A DNA stretch of 64,000 nucleotides from Octopus sinensis (taxonomy: Eukaryota): positions 99,572,001 through 99,636,000 of the forward strand of contig NC_043006.1 in the NCBI RefSeq assembly GCF_006345805.1, read 5' to 3'. Of the stretch, positions 40,292 through 53,496 are shown in pieces. A program made the translations under genes and the position numbers. The notes below the pieces were generated by a model that was not told where the DNA came from, did no database searches, and saw nothing but the letters and a program-made list of their open reading frames with translations. Position 1 is the stretch's first letter. Each line of letters begins with the position of its first letter.

Positions 40292-40706
40292 GTGAGTGGC
40301 TGTGTGGTAAGTAGCTTGCTAACCAGCCACATGGTTCCGGGTTCAGTCCCACTGCGTGGCATCTTGGGCAAGTGTCTTCTGCTATAGCCCCGGGCCGACC
40401 AATGCATTGTGAGTGGATTTGGTAGACGGAAACTGAAAGAAGCCTGTCGTATATATGTATATATATATATGTATGTGTGTGTTTGTATGTCTGTGTTTGT
40501 TCCCCAGCATTGCTTGACAACCGATGCTGGTGTGTTTACGTCCCGTCACTTAGCGGTTCGGCAAAAAGAGACCGATAGAATAAGTACTGGGCTTACAAAA
40601 AGAATAAGTCCCGGGGTCGAGTTGCTCGACTAAAGGCGGTGCTCCAGCATGGCCGCAGTCAAATGACTGAAACAAGTAAAGAGTAAAGAGTAAAGAGTAA
40701 GAGTAA
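40292..40706 (+). mobile_element. tRNA-derived SINE, family A
   Basis: Full head, internal microsatellite and (gagtaaa)n tail. Confidence 0.85.
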
Positions 40707-40949
40707 GTTAAATTTTATCTTTTTTCTGTTTTTCTTTCTCTCTCTCTCTCTCTCTTTCCTCTTTTCTATCATTTATTTTTCTTCCAACCACCACCTACTT
40801 CTTATTATTCTGATTCTTCCTAACGTGTAACAACGGAGTTGCTACTCCACAGTATACATACGAATACGTATGATGGGTGTATATATATATATGTGGGGTG
40901 GAATGGGTTTTGGTTGCATCCTGGGATTTCTTCTTGGTATTTTTCTAGC

Positions 40950-41090
40950 CAGAAGATTATAGCAGCATTTTGTCCGTACTCACGTTCTCAATTCAAATGC
41001 TGCTGAGATCAGCTTTGTGAATCTTGATTTCGGGGTCGATAAAGGAAGTATCAGTTGAAGACTAGGGCTGTTGCAATCGACTTGTCCCTA
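40950..41090 (+). mobile_element. Degenerate SINE family C fragment
   Basis: acgttctcaattcaaatgctgctgagatcagcttt...ttcggggtcgataaa...tgcaatcgactt resembles the 4679-5237 element. Confidence 0.45.
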
Positions 41091-41589
41091 CTTGCATCCA
41101 GTATTGCTTCCCTTGTACTAAAATATGAAACCAATATAGAAGGAATAGACATAATTTTTTATGAAGTTGTAACTGCCTTTCTAGGGAACTGCAAGTCGCA
41201 AAGGAATACATGAAGTTTTTCAAAAGTATTATATATAATCTTACGCCTTTTCGCTCGCAACAATTATTTACATGCTAATTGAAATCTTTTAAGGTATCAG
41301 TTTTCTTCTATGTACAATAACAATGACGTGCATAGATTTGCTTGTCACCATGTACATTCGCATTTTCATCAATTTTTCATTTTCAATTTGTTAGATATCG
41401 ATCGTGAATTTCTTGCTTTGGTATTACATGAGTGAAAGAACAGCTGGTTACATGTATAATTACTACTTTCTACCACGAGGTGGCGTCAATGGACTTGAAA
41501 ATCATTATCAAATGTAGCAACACACAGATAAACATTCACACGTACACTTATAGTTAGTATGTGTATATGTATGAAGCAGTGTTGCTTTT

Positions 41590-41843
41590 TATGGCACACA
41601 ATTTGTGGGAGGAATTGCTTGAATCATGCAGGCCTCGTCAGCCATCAGAGAAATCACAGGAATCAACCAGTTGTATATTTCGATACGCCTATTGTTCACA
41701 AGAGAATGTGTGCATTCCGGGAAAAGAGTTGTCTTCCAATTAGAGGATTGAAAAGGCATGTCAAAAGACACGTTGTGGTATGTTAAAAGACACGTTGTGG
41801 TATGTTAAAAGACACGTTGTGGTATGTCAAAAGACACGTTCGC
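41590..41843 (+). mobile_element. RTE-like LINE 3' end with two C2H2-like motifs and a 22-bp tandem tail
   Basis: Translates as HTICGRNCLNHAGLVSHQRNH ... CAFREKSCLPIRGLKRHVKRH. The unit atgt(c/t)aaaagacacgttgtggt repeats about 3.8 times at 41758-41840. Confidence 0.5.
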
Positions 41844-42605
41844 TCTGCCAACCATCGCAGTTGTACATTACATAATAGAATGTAAAAATCTTTGGACGTG
41901 CTCAAATGACGTGCATGTGCCTCGCATTGCATTATCAATAAGGATTTCAAGGATTCATTGTATCGATGGCTTGGCTCGCATACGAGAAAACAGCTATATA
42001 TATATACATATAAAGGAGACTACGGCAGCGGTACTGGAAATTAACAATTATCGCCAAGCTAATATGGCAGTCCATAAATTTAAGTCTAAAGCTGCCGTTG
42101 ATTAGCTAGAGGAAAATGTTGCTTACTCTTGTGAATCTGTTGCTTGTTTTGCAAGCAAAGTATGTGTGGCTTGTTGCCGGCGAACTTGTTTGAACAGCCG
42201 GGAAAGCAAGCCGTAATTTTTTTAAAGTAAATTGTTGATTTTCTACAGTGGAGAAAAATTGAAGAAGAATTATTGTTGTTTTCAAACCAACTAAGAGGTT
42301 TCGAAAATTATGGATTTGAAGAAGAGATTAAACATATTTTTGCTTAGTTACAAGCAAAGAACAGGATTTTACCATCAAATTGAGAGCTGCAAAGGAGTCG
42401 GGATCGAATAGGGCCGGAGTACCATTGCGGCCTGAATTTTTTTCTGCCTGGAACTATATACTTTTATTTATTCTTTGTGAACTGTTGTTTTCCTTTTTTC
42501 TTTTTTATGAACTATTTTTGATATGAACTATTATTTTATTTCTTCCGCCTTTATTGAACAGTTGTCTCTATTTTCCTGTGTTTAGAATTTTTGTGGACAT
42601 ATTAA

Positions 42606-43860
42606 TATGAAGGAAAATAAGGCCACCACTTTGGAGTGGGAGATCGTTTCGCCCAAGCAGTGGCTTGATAACCTTGAGAGGAGGACGGTGGTACTACAGA
42701 CCTATTCTTGCCCCCTTCGGCAAGATTATCATTGATAAAGTGCTGGCAAAATAACTTTGTGTCAAGGGGAGTTATGTATGCAACGGTGTGGTTGCTATTT
42801 GACAACCTTGAGATAGCTTGCACTGCGGGAAGTCAACCCCTATAAGGGGATGAGATTTTGTTCCTTCCCACATATTGTGAGAAGAAAATAATGAGGGCTT
42901 GGGTATGTGGGTTGCTCGGAATTCGGTCTGAATGGATAGAACAGACCATTCGTAGAGGTCTGAGTGGTAACGGAACCAAGCTCCTCACTGTCAGGGTGCA
43001 GGCCGCGACCGATTGGACAGGGTCAAAAGCAGTTCTGACCCTTCGGACCCAGTCGGCCTGAGGCCTAGTGTTCCCTCAATTTTTGGTAATGGCCGGGGCC
43101 AGGTTTCCGGTGATTCTTGAGGGTCACCCCCCCCCCAAGTGTCACCTATGCCTGGAACCTGGAAACTGCCCCCAGCCCCGAGGTAAGGCCCTGGAGCAGA
43201 GGAAAAGAGAAAAGAGGCCCTCCGCCACCACCCAAATTGGAGGGGAGACGGAGGAAGTAGTGGAGTCGGTTGCCTCCGCGAAAAGGAAAAGTAAGGCGAG
43301 CAACAATGATTGCTCACCAAAAGACATACAGGTTGCGAGAAAGGAGGAAGACTTCGCAGATTAGCCGATAGAGGCCCTGACTACCGCACGCCCAAAGTAG
43401 ACAAATAAAAGAATAAAAAGTAAGCAATGGGAGACGGTCGGCGGAGGTTGATGTGCCGCCGACAGATCCCAATGATCTACCGGTGGGATGTGTGCCACGT
43501 GCAGAAAAGACTTTGTCACCGGGAATTGTGCCACTGACAGAGCAGGCTTAGGCCCCTCCCCGTGAGGAAGAGGTGGAACCCGTCATTTTCTATCACAAGG
43601 GAGGGGGTGTTGAGAGATTCTTGGATAGTCTTCTCGACCGACAATGTTACGACTCGGTCTGCATTGACTATACAAGATGGTCTCCGCAGGTGTCTGCGGA
43701 GGTCAAAACACAAAATGAACTATTAGAGGTCTTGGTGACCTTTGGAAAAGAAAAAGAAGAATTTGCTCTTCTTTCGGACTCCAACCTGCTGATGCAGGCT
43801 TTCCTGCAGGCGACAGGGAAATTATGCGAGGGCTCGGATGAAAAAGAAGAATAAGGAAAA
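42606..43860 (+). pseudogene. L1/Tx1-like ORF1 (gag-like) relic with no following ORF2
   Basis: GC-rich island. Near-continuous frame ...FPQFLVMAGARFPVILEGHPPPKCHLCLEPGNCP (decayed CCHC knuckle after an EGxPP motif), then a charged low-complexity tail and AATAAA near 43895. Confidence 0.5.
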
Positions 43861-44049
43861 TTTTGTAAATTTTGTGATTTTTTGAGTAAAATTGAATAAA
43901 AGAACAGTGATTCCGAGGGTTCATCGGTCGGCGGGCGCCGGTGCCCCTCCGATTTTTGTTCATCATTATCATCCTCATCTTATTAATGTCTCTGTGCAGC
44001 CCGTAGCTTCTTATCTATGCACGGCTTTCATGGCCAATTTGATGAATAA

Positions 44050-44188
44050 AAGTAGCTTGTTTACCAACCACATGGTTCTGGGTTCAGTCCCACTGCGGGG
44101 CACCTTAGGCAAGTGTCTTCTACTCTAGCCTCGGGCTGACCAAAGCCTTGTGAGTGGATTTGGTAGACGGAAACTGAAAGAAGCCCGT

Positions 44189-44236
<48 letters not shown>

Positions 44237-44460
44237 TATGTGTGTGTATGCATATGTTTGTGTGTCTGTGTTTGTCCCCCCAACATCGTTTGACAACCGA
44301 TGCTGGTGAGTTTACCTCCCCGTCACTTAGCGGTTCGGCATGAGTGACCGATAGAATAAGTACTAAGCTTACAAAGAATAAGTCCTGGGTCTATTTGCTC
44401 GACTAAATGCGGTGCTCCAGCATGGCCGCAGTCAAATGACTGAAACAAATAAATGAATAA
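44050..44460 (+). mobile_element. tRNA-derived SINE, family A (slightly 5'-truncated)
   Basis: Colinear with 1855-2288. Confidence 0.85.
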
Positions 44461-45427
44461 AAAGTATATACATTATAGGCTTTATAATTTTTTCAAATAT
44501 TTTAACAACTCCCCATCATTAAATCTGAATGCAAATTCTCGCACATCCATGATTAGAATATCTATTTTCCAAATTATTTACCAAACTATATATGCAGTAC
44601 ACACACTCCAACTTGATGTGATTATTAGGCAAAACCCCATTATGCTTTTATTTTCATTAATTACACACATTTGCAATATTTTATTTCTTCATTAGCTCTT
44701 CCACGAAATTCGTAGATTAATTGGTTGAAGCCTCGCATTGATTTAATGAGTTGGGTTTCCTTTTGTTAGGTTAGAAATTTAATTTTGGTTTCGATATTTA
44801 GTTACAATTAACGGGGATTAACATTGTTGATTTAAGCATTGGCGAGACGGTTTCAGAATTGGAAAATAACCGTGGGAAAATCAAGCGCATTGTCATTAAT
44901 TATTTTCAACAAAGATGCCATAATTGGTTGCCAATATTTTCCGAAATCAATTTGCTAATAAATTAACTTTTTAAATACTGACGTATTCTATAAAATATTG
45001 ACTAAAGGATACTTTAAATGGAAACCCTGAAGTGTCAGATGAAACTATGCAATGATAAAAATATCAAAAGCAAGCGGTCATACTGACATGCTTCAACAAT
45101 AATCAATTCAGCAGATTTTGAGTCGCCCACAGATTCCAAGATAGATTTTAATTTGAATGATACAAAATAGCTGCAAAAGCAATAACAGTGAATATGAAGG
45201 TGCATGTAATTTGAGAACAACTTATTTACGATTAGACAACATATATTATAGGTTTAACATCACATTTATTTTGTATGGATCATGAAAGCATATTTTCTTA
45301 TCTTGTAATAATTCTGCTTGTATTTGCATTACTTAACCCGTCCGTGAACCATTCAAGTGATTAAGAGAAAAAGAGAGAGAAAGAAAAGAGGGAAAGGGAA
45401 GACGTGGGAGACAGACAAAGAGGCGTC

Positions 45428-45845
45428 GGATCTTTTCGGTTTGAACGGCAGATTTTTAACATAATTTCTAGGTAACTAAAAAATTTGAAACTTCGTATAC
45501 TGGTAGAATGTGTTTATAAAACATCTTTTTCTCTTTGCAATATTGACAAAATTCCATAGTTTGTATGATATTTGGTCTTTAATTTCTTGCATTTCGGCAA
45601 TTTGAACAAATCAATGACCGTCTATTGAGTTAAAAAGCATTCTGTGCCGTATGAATAGGCCCCTCGTTTAAGAAACAGATTGGATTTATTTACATTTTTG
45701 AATAAAAAAAGATACCCGTCCCCCCAACCCTAACCCTAACCCTAAAACAGATAGAAATGGAATAGATCGATACTAGGGTCATAATTATGGGTAACAATTT
45801 CATATGCCACCGCCAGAAAAACTGCCGTTCAAACCGAAAATATCC
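45428..45845. mobile_element. 418-bp MITE with 24-bp TIRs and internal telomeric (CCCTAA)n
   Basis: TIRs ggatcttttcggtttgaacggcag / ctgccgttcaaaccgaaaatatcc (1 mismatch). aaccctaaccctaaccctaa at 45726-45745. Flanks gaggcgtc / ttagcgtc match 5 of 8. Confidence 0.85.
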
Positions 45846-46384
45846 TTAGCGTCCATGCCATGAGATCGAGTGAACGTAATCGTAACGCTTTCATGTGATT
45901 AGTTGAAGTGAAAGAGAGGAGAAAGAAAAAGGAGAGAGAAAAAGAGGATGAGGTGAAGAGTGAGACAGAAACAGTGAAAATAGAGAGGGAGGGAGAAGCG
46001 TCCATGACGTGAGGTAAGAAGAACCTAATATTTATTACATGGTTAAAAATGTTAGTTGAAGATAGAGGAGAGTTTAAAATACAATTTTAGCAGAGAAGTG
46101 ATGTTCTGATGGTGGGTTTAAAGAAAAGTAGAGAGACAGGAGAGATAGAGAGGTGAAAACCTGAGAGGGGAAGGGAGACAGATAATGATGAGGGTGGTGA
46201 TAATTGTGGAGATGGCGGTGGTGATTGCATACGGATAAGTGATTTTCTTTCAATCGAACGAAGATTTTTATATCACCTATCACTTAACGCATGCACACAT
46301 ATGTAATTCCATGAAATATTCACACATATATTTACAGATATATGCAATTTAAATAAAGTCAGAAATTCCAAATTATAGAAGGAT

Positions 46385-47381
46385 TTACAACCAAAAGCCC
46401 TACCATACATCCCCACACACAACCCTCCTAATAATGAAGCCTTCGACACCATCCTTCAAAACATTCCCGAGCTAAAAAGGGACCACAGAATGAACTTAAT
46501 CCTCCAAACACACACCATCATAAAAAGCAAGAGACTGCCCAAATCTATAAAAAGTCTCCTAACACAAGTCCAAATAAGCTCAACAACGAAACGGAAGACG
46601 TCAGTAAAAAAATACGGAAGACCCAGCAGTGGGATATGCGTCAATTTAATTGAGGAATCAGAGTTCTCCTTCAAACAGGGACAACGTTTCACAGAGAAGA
46701 TCAGCTTCACATGTGCTTCAGAGAAACTGATATATGCACTAACTTGCTCTGGGTGTCAAGAGCAATATATGGCCAAACAAAAAACAGTCTACGTCAAAGG
46801 ATGGCTCTGCACAGATACCAGATCAAAATTCCGAAAAACAGAAAAATAGCATTCAGTCAACACTTCGACATTTGCGACAAAAACAAAAATCCAAGCTTCA
46901 GAATTTTTACCCTCTATCAATTCAGGGACGACACAACCTTTGGCCAGCCGTTCTTTATCACAAAATACAGATCCTTTTTTGAATGCATCTGCAACAAATG
47001 ACATATCCACCACGACCTTAGAATAACACACTAGTAAACATTTAAAATGATACGTTAAAAAAGAGATAGTCAGGAATTCATTAAAAACAGTCCCAGTCAC
47101 TGCTATAAGCTACAACGAGTCACTTTTAGGACACTTGACCATTTAATATCATGCTACTACAATACCACCCAACATTCTTTGATTATTCTTTGTCTTCTCC
47201 TTTACCCTCTTCTTCTTCGCCATCACCTCCTTCCTTACTGCTGCTTAGAATAACAGCCACGCAAATATTAAAAACATTCAAAAGAGATAACTCAAGAATT
47301 CAATCTCTACTACCATCCACAACAAGTCACTTTCAGGCACTTGACCATTTAACACCCTAATACTATCATACCACTCCTATA

Positions 47382-47440
<59 letters not shown>

Positions 47441-47686
47441 CTGCCGAGAATTCACAACGGCCTCGAAACCACAATATTAAAAAAGAGAGACAGAAACAGG
47501 CAGTAACAAAGAAAATGCCCCTGCGTTTGAATACTATGCAATATTCTTCTAAAAACATATAATTTAATTTTTCAACAATTAAATTGCATTCCATACTTAG
47601 ATTTGTAAAAGTTACACTGACTGAAACCGGTACAGAAATATTTTTTTTATGATATTATTTCAGCATTTTCTACCTTGATTTAATTT

Positions 47687-47690
<4 letters not shown>
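46385..47690 (+). mobile_element. Penelope-like element 3' part: linker, GIY-YIG (1-nt frameshift) and pseudo-LTR ending in (TA)n
   Basis: PTHNPPNNEAFDTILQNIPEL...IIKSKRLPKSIKSLLT...FTCASEKLIYALTCSGCQEQY / GQTKNSLRQRMALHRYQI. Same family as 19924-21180. Tail retains gactGAAACCGGTAcag (HHR 3' half) near 47620-47642. Confidence 0.85.
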
Positions 47691-47727
<37 letters not shown>

Positions 47728-47731
<4 letters not shown>

Positions 47732-47873
47732 CATTATTTACATTTCACGGATATTTGTCTTCATTTTGTTTGTTGTTAACGCAACATTTAGGTTTGATAT
47801 GCCCTCCGATGTACAACAGGTGTCTTGGGGAGATTTCGAACCTGGATTGTCATTCCTAAGGTATTTTGCAATG

Positions 47874-47908
<35 letters not shown>

Positions 47909-48090
47909 CTCACTGCTTGCAATCGAACTCGAAATGTTGGGGTTAGTAGCTTGTGCTTTTAACCACTACGCCATATACCCTGGATATATGCCGTAGCGGT
48001 TAAGAACAAACAAGATGAGGACAATTAACCGTCATATGTAAGTAATGTAAATAGTGTACATAATTCCTCATCTCTTAAGTATAGAACTGT
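47728..48090. mobile_element. Non-autonomous PLE-derived element with terminal inverted arms, in (TA)n; homologue of 4781-5114
   Basis: Colinear with 4781-5114. 47728-47790 pairs with 48003-48050. The HHR is heavily decayed. Confidence 0.7.
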
Positions 48091-48123
48091 AACATATATA
48101 CATACACACACACGTGCATATAT

Positions 48124-48171
<48 letters not shown>

Positions 48172-48220
48172 ATATATATATATAAATGTATGTATGCATG
48201 ATTATTTATATATATATATA

Positions 48221-48253
<33 letters not shown>

Positions 48254-48312
48254 CATACACACATATATATATATATACATATACATATACACATATACAT
48301 ATATCTACACGT

Positions 48313-48343
<31 letters not shown>

Positions 48344-51008
48344 CGTATATGAAGTTCATGGTGCTGAATATGTTTGTTTCAAATTTCACATGTGAATCAT
48401 TACCGCGTCCTAGCCTCGAGTTATTACTTCCTTTTTTGCCCATTATGCGTCATACCCATTCTCTCGGTTGCTTCCTATTCATATTCTTTATCATATTTCA
48501 CGTGTCTATCTATCTCGCTGCCTCTGGCATGCGACGAATATTCTCAACATCTTTTTCTCTAGCTAGCATCCGTTCCTCTCCTTCTCTAAAATTCTTAGCA
48601 GAATGTTGCTCATTATGCTGCCAAGCACATTGAATAATGAAAATGGCTACGATAAGTTTAATAATTTTAAGCAGAATCAGAATTTGCGCAGCTGCAGTTT
48701 ATAAATTAGATCAGAGTCAAAAGCCCCATTCTATTTTATGTGTAATAATGCCAGTGAAAACGTGTCTACTTATTACACTTATTTTGATCAAATTGACGAA
48801 TATAATTCATTCTAATGGAACAAATGCTCTGTCATAAATGTACTTTAAACAGAGGTACTTTAAACAGAAACTTACTATACACGGATGACAACAAATATGG
48901 AAATATTCCCCATACTCTTTATCATGGAGAGTCAAACTGTAAAACATATGAAGTTTACCGAACATGTATAATGTCTGCTCCAGACAAATGCATTTCAGAT
49001 GCCAATCAAGTGAGTTCGGGGATTCAATGGGTCTGCTAGATATGCTCGTATCTTAAAAGGTGACCTGGCAATATCACTTATGGTCTCTTGAAAAAAATAG
49101 CCACATTGAAGCAATCTGATCCCATCAAGAGAACAATATAATCAGGAATTAAGTGCTTGTCTTAATGTGTTTGCTTGTTTGTTTCTTTTTTTATTGCTTC
49201 GTATGTGATCGCTTGAAAAATAACCAACAAATTTACTTCCTGTAACTAACTGTATCACATCAATTCCAACATCAATGAGACGAAACTTTCAACAATTTTC
49301 AAGATATAGTGGAGTGATTCCTTTGCAAAAATATCGTTATACGATCAACTTTCACCCGGATGTATGCAATCGTGAACAAGGAGTACGAAACAATCAAGGA
49401 TGTTATGTTGAATGCTATCCATTAGTATTGGCAACATCACTGGAAGTCTGTTCACTCTACTCGCTTTCAAGGGGATTTTGAGATTTTCATATATTGGAAC
49501 AAAATCAAAGAGAAATGCTCTATATTTGCTTTGAAGTAGAATGATATCCTGTGGAATGATATCTAGTCAGAGGCTTCATAATTTCAAACAATCGAATTTA
49601 TCTCGGTCAATTTTATCATATTATTATGAACTATCCATCCTACACTTGTTTTGGTACACGTATAGCCATGATGTGTCAAAGTTTACATATCTCAAGCTCA
49701 AAAGCTACATCGCAGCAAAGAAATAGACAGCGTTTATAACGCAACCCTTGGCATAGTATTTCAAGCTTATATAAGCCCCTTTTCAAACTGTATTCAAGTC
49801 AATAATATTAGAATAATAAATTTTGAAATAAGCATCATATATTTTCACAATGAAGACAAAGGCTCTATAGATACAAATAGCGCACTCCTTTGTTCTTTGT
49901 GATACATTCAAGTGCCTGCAATATTTTTTAGATGTTTTTGAATTATATTCCTCTAGGTGTATTGATTGTGATTTCGTTAATAAAACGCATAATAATTATC
50001 ATAGTATCATCGAGTACTGCCCTTATAATTCTTCCTGAAAACAGTGCACAATAGATTATTATTTCAAACTCCTAATGAACATGGTTGTCAACGATGCACT
50101 CGATTGCAATACGTCAAAATGTAAGGGATATAACATGATTAACTGAGAAAAATAAAAGATCCACAAGAGTGATCTCTGCAGATCATGATCAAGATATACT
50201 AGGACTCACACAAGGAGAGTTGTCATCTGCATTATTCAATTATTTTTAAAAATTAATATCATTTACGCTTGAGACGCATCAAATTACAACACACAAAAGA
50301 GAGAGGTAGCGGTGATTTTTCCAATAAATGTTGTTTGACCGTCTCTGAGATTTGTATGTGACACAAGTCATTTAATACGTACTTGTTTTAAATCATCAGT
50401 ATTTTGATAAACTTAAAAATCTTCAAACAACCTACAACAATGTCAGCTATTTGGAAAGATTGCTAAAACATGCTCTAAATTTGAGAGAAGGGGACTAATT
50501 CCCACTGCGATAGAACGGCAAATTCAGCTGTGATGGGTTCAATTTTTAAGAAAGCAATCAAATAGTTACTGGGTGGATATACAATTGGGTATGAGAGCGA
50601 AAAATATTTCGTTGGTAAAACATATCTTGCAGTTGATATACTTTCTTAACATCTGCATGTTTCTACCTACTGAAATGTGGTTCTGTCTCCTTGCAGAAAA
50701 TGAAGCGCATTCCAATATATATGCCATTATAGATCCCATGTGTCTTTGCATTAGCATATTTTATGGGGAGATGGACGAGTAGACTTATTGGAGCATCAGA
50801 AAAGGGGCTTCACAGTAAAATTTCAGGATACGCATTCCAATCCACCTAAGATCAAAATCAAATTTCATTCGGGGTCAGAAAATAAAATATCTGGTCTCTG
50901 AGCTAGGTTAAGAACAATTACTGAGATCTCTAGATTTGACTTAAATGCACATATAGTCGGCACTGTTACTGCACACCGTATGGATATATATGACAAATTT
51001 AAGTCAAT

Positions 51009-51230
51009 ATACTCTTTTACATGTTTCAGTAATTTGATTGCGGCTATGCTGGAGCACCGCCTTCAGTCGAGCAAATCGACCCCGGGACTTATTCTTTGTA
51101 AGCCTAGTACTTATTCCGTCGGTTCTTTTGCCGAAGCGCTAGGTGACGGGGACGTAAAAACACCAGCATTGGTTGTCAAGCGATGTTTGGGGGACAAACA
51201 CAGACACACAAATACACACATACACACACA

Positions 51231-51328
<98 letters not shown>

Positions 51329-51484
51329 GACGGGCTTCTTTCCGTTTCCGTCTACCAAATCCACTCACATGACTGTGGTCGGCCCGAGAATATAGTAGAA
51401 GACACTTGCCAAGGTGCCACGCAATGGGTCTGAACCTGGAACAATGTGTATGGTAATCAAGCTACTTACCACACAGTCACTCCT
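51009..51484 (-). mobile_element. tRNA-derived SINE, family A
   Basis: Reverse complement of the 1855-2288 family. Confidence 0.85.
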
Positions 51485-52407
51485 TTATATGTAGCATATA
51501 AAAAGAAAATTCTATGAACCTCGGTCAGAATTTTGTTCTTATATGCTTCATATTGCACAACATATAGTGACCTCAAACACAGCCTTCTATTAAATAAAAT
51601 GAACGATTATGTGTCGCAGATGAAAATAACACCCGCTGCACACGTAGAAATCAGTCTAATCATTATCAGGTGAAATTAGATCAATGGTAAATAAGTATGT
51701 ATAATGTGTGTGTGTGTTTGTGTGCGTGTTCGTGTGAAAATACTATATGATAATATGAAGCACTGTATTACTTCATTATAATGTCTAAAAATATAACTGC
51801 ATTAATGTAGCGAAGATAATTGAGGAGATTAGTGCCTAGTGAAATAACTTTGTTGAAAGATCTAAATTACATATCCAAGACATTTCACATAGCGCACCAA
51901 TTAGAGAGTCATTTACAATATTCTTTTTTATCACTACTATGTTTCATCATAATAACTGTCCTCTGTGGATGATCTTCGTGTTTCCAAATCTTTGTCGGCA
52001 GAATCCGCTTCTTAATTGAACATACACATCATGCAAAGCTTCTAAACTGAACATGAGATATGTAATATGTAAACGTTGTTTAAGACTTTCACAAAGGCAG
52101 TATTCAACATAGACTGAATCACAAGTGATAATATTTCACACTAACCCTTGTCAATATTTTTGTTGGTCTGATTTACTCTCAGGTTTTTCCATTTACCAGC
52201 ATCCTGGTTTTGAAATAAGACCAACGATATGTCTTGAGCCCAGAAGATAATCGTGACTTACATGCTTGTTATGGCAAGTAAAATTCCCCATCATATTTTC
52301 TGCCGATCGCTGGATAATCCGACTGGAATGTAGAAGTGATATATTATTTATAATCTGAACAATTGTTTCCAGATCATAAATTACAAACACACACACACAC
52401 CACACAT

Positions 52408-52453
<46 letters not shown>

Positions 52454-52834
52454 ATATATATAATTAATTATTTGCCTATACGACGGCTGTTCGCTGCAAC
52501 AAGTGAAGGTATTTTGATAGCACTATCGCTCTCGTATTTATAGATAAATTCACGTATTTTGTTTATTTAAGGGCTGTTTGCCCACCTGAACGAAAATTTC
52601 AGGAATTAGGGGGGGAAATTTTAGTAGTTGTTGGCTGGCAAATTCGAAGAGAATCAGGAATTGTTGGCGCTAAATTCGAAATCATTATATCAGATTAACC
52701 AGCGTGAGTTATACTGACCTAGCAGAGGTAAGGCGATATTATTGTTCATAGGAATTTTTCCTATCCTAGCTGTCCAAACTTTGTGAGTTCTATGTTTAGC
52801 GAATCAGGCGATCATGTAATAGCCTTGTAGATAG

Positions 52835-52866
<32 letters not shown>

Positions 52867-52870
52867 CTAT

Positions 52871-52920
<50 letters not shown>

Positions 52921-52950
52921 TAAAAATAAAAACATGATTCAAAGGATTGA

Positions 52951-53038
52951 GCGGTACATATGTTTCGGGCCTGTATTAGACGCTTTTATAACAATGCATA
53001 ATTGATGTAAATGTGTGTCTATGGCCTTCTTCAGCCGC
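52951..53038 (-). ncRNA. Type I hammerhead ribozyme with long loop 2 (left arm)
   Basis: Minus strand: GCGG-CUGAAGA-A-GGCC(~55-nt loop)GGCC-C-GAAA-CAUAUG-UA|CCGC. Predicted cut between 52955 and 52954. Confidence 0.85.
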
Positions 53039-53410
53039 GTACAATTACTACTTCAAGGACACATATTACATTATAAGTTTTACGTTGGGGTTGCAAATCC
53101 TCATAGTCGCGTACTATAGAGTGGGGTACCAACACGAAAGCGAAGCGTCCATCCCGCTTTTGACTCGATGTAGAATAAGGAAGTTTGGATGGTGAGCTAG
53201 AGAGGGAAGGGGTTGGGGGGTTGAATCTTTAGTGAGTTAGGGCTCACAAAAGGGGAGTAAAAGAGTAAAAGATTACAAAACAGTAAAAATTTTTTTAAAT
53301 ATATAAAAAAAGATATAAGAATGTAAAACAATATATAAGAATATAAAAAAATTGCATCCCCAACGTAAAACTTATAATGTAATATATGTCCTTGAAGTAG
53401 TAAGTGTACA

Positions 53411-53496
53411 CGGCTGAAGAAGGCCATAGACACACATTTACATCAATTATGCATTCTTATAAAACCGTCTAATAAAGGCCCGAAACATATGTACCG
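53411..53496 (+). ncRNA. Type I hammerhead ribozyme with long loop 2 (right arm)
   Basis: CGG-CUGAAGA (53414-53420)-A-GGCC...GGCC-C-GAAA (53482-53485)-CAUAUG-UA|CCG. Predicted cut after 53493. Confidence 0.85.

Noticed and set aside
43905-43960. GC-rich stretch as an HDV-like ribozyme or snRNA fragment
   Set aside because: I could not build the nested double pseudoknot or match U1/U2/rRNA by eye. Left unresolved.
45726-45745. (CCCTAA)n as a chromosome end or fusion scar
   Set aside because: Only about three units, and they lie inside a TIR-bounded MITE.
47441-47475. ctgccgag...ctcgaaacc as a hammerhead
   Set aside because: The core is altered, there is no palindromic stem III or NUH site, and homologous copies at ~20060 and ~21020 do not keep the motif. 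The family's real HHR relic lies further 3'.
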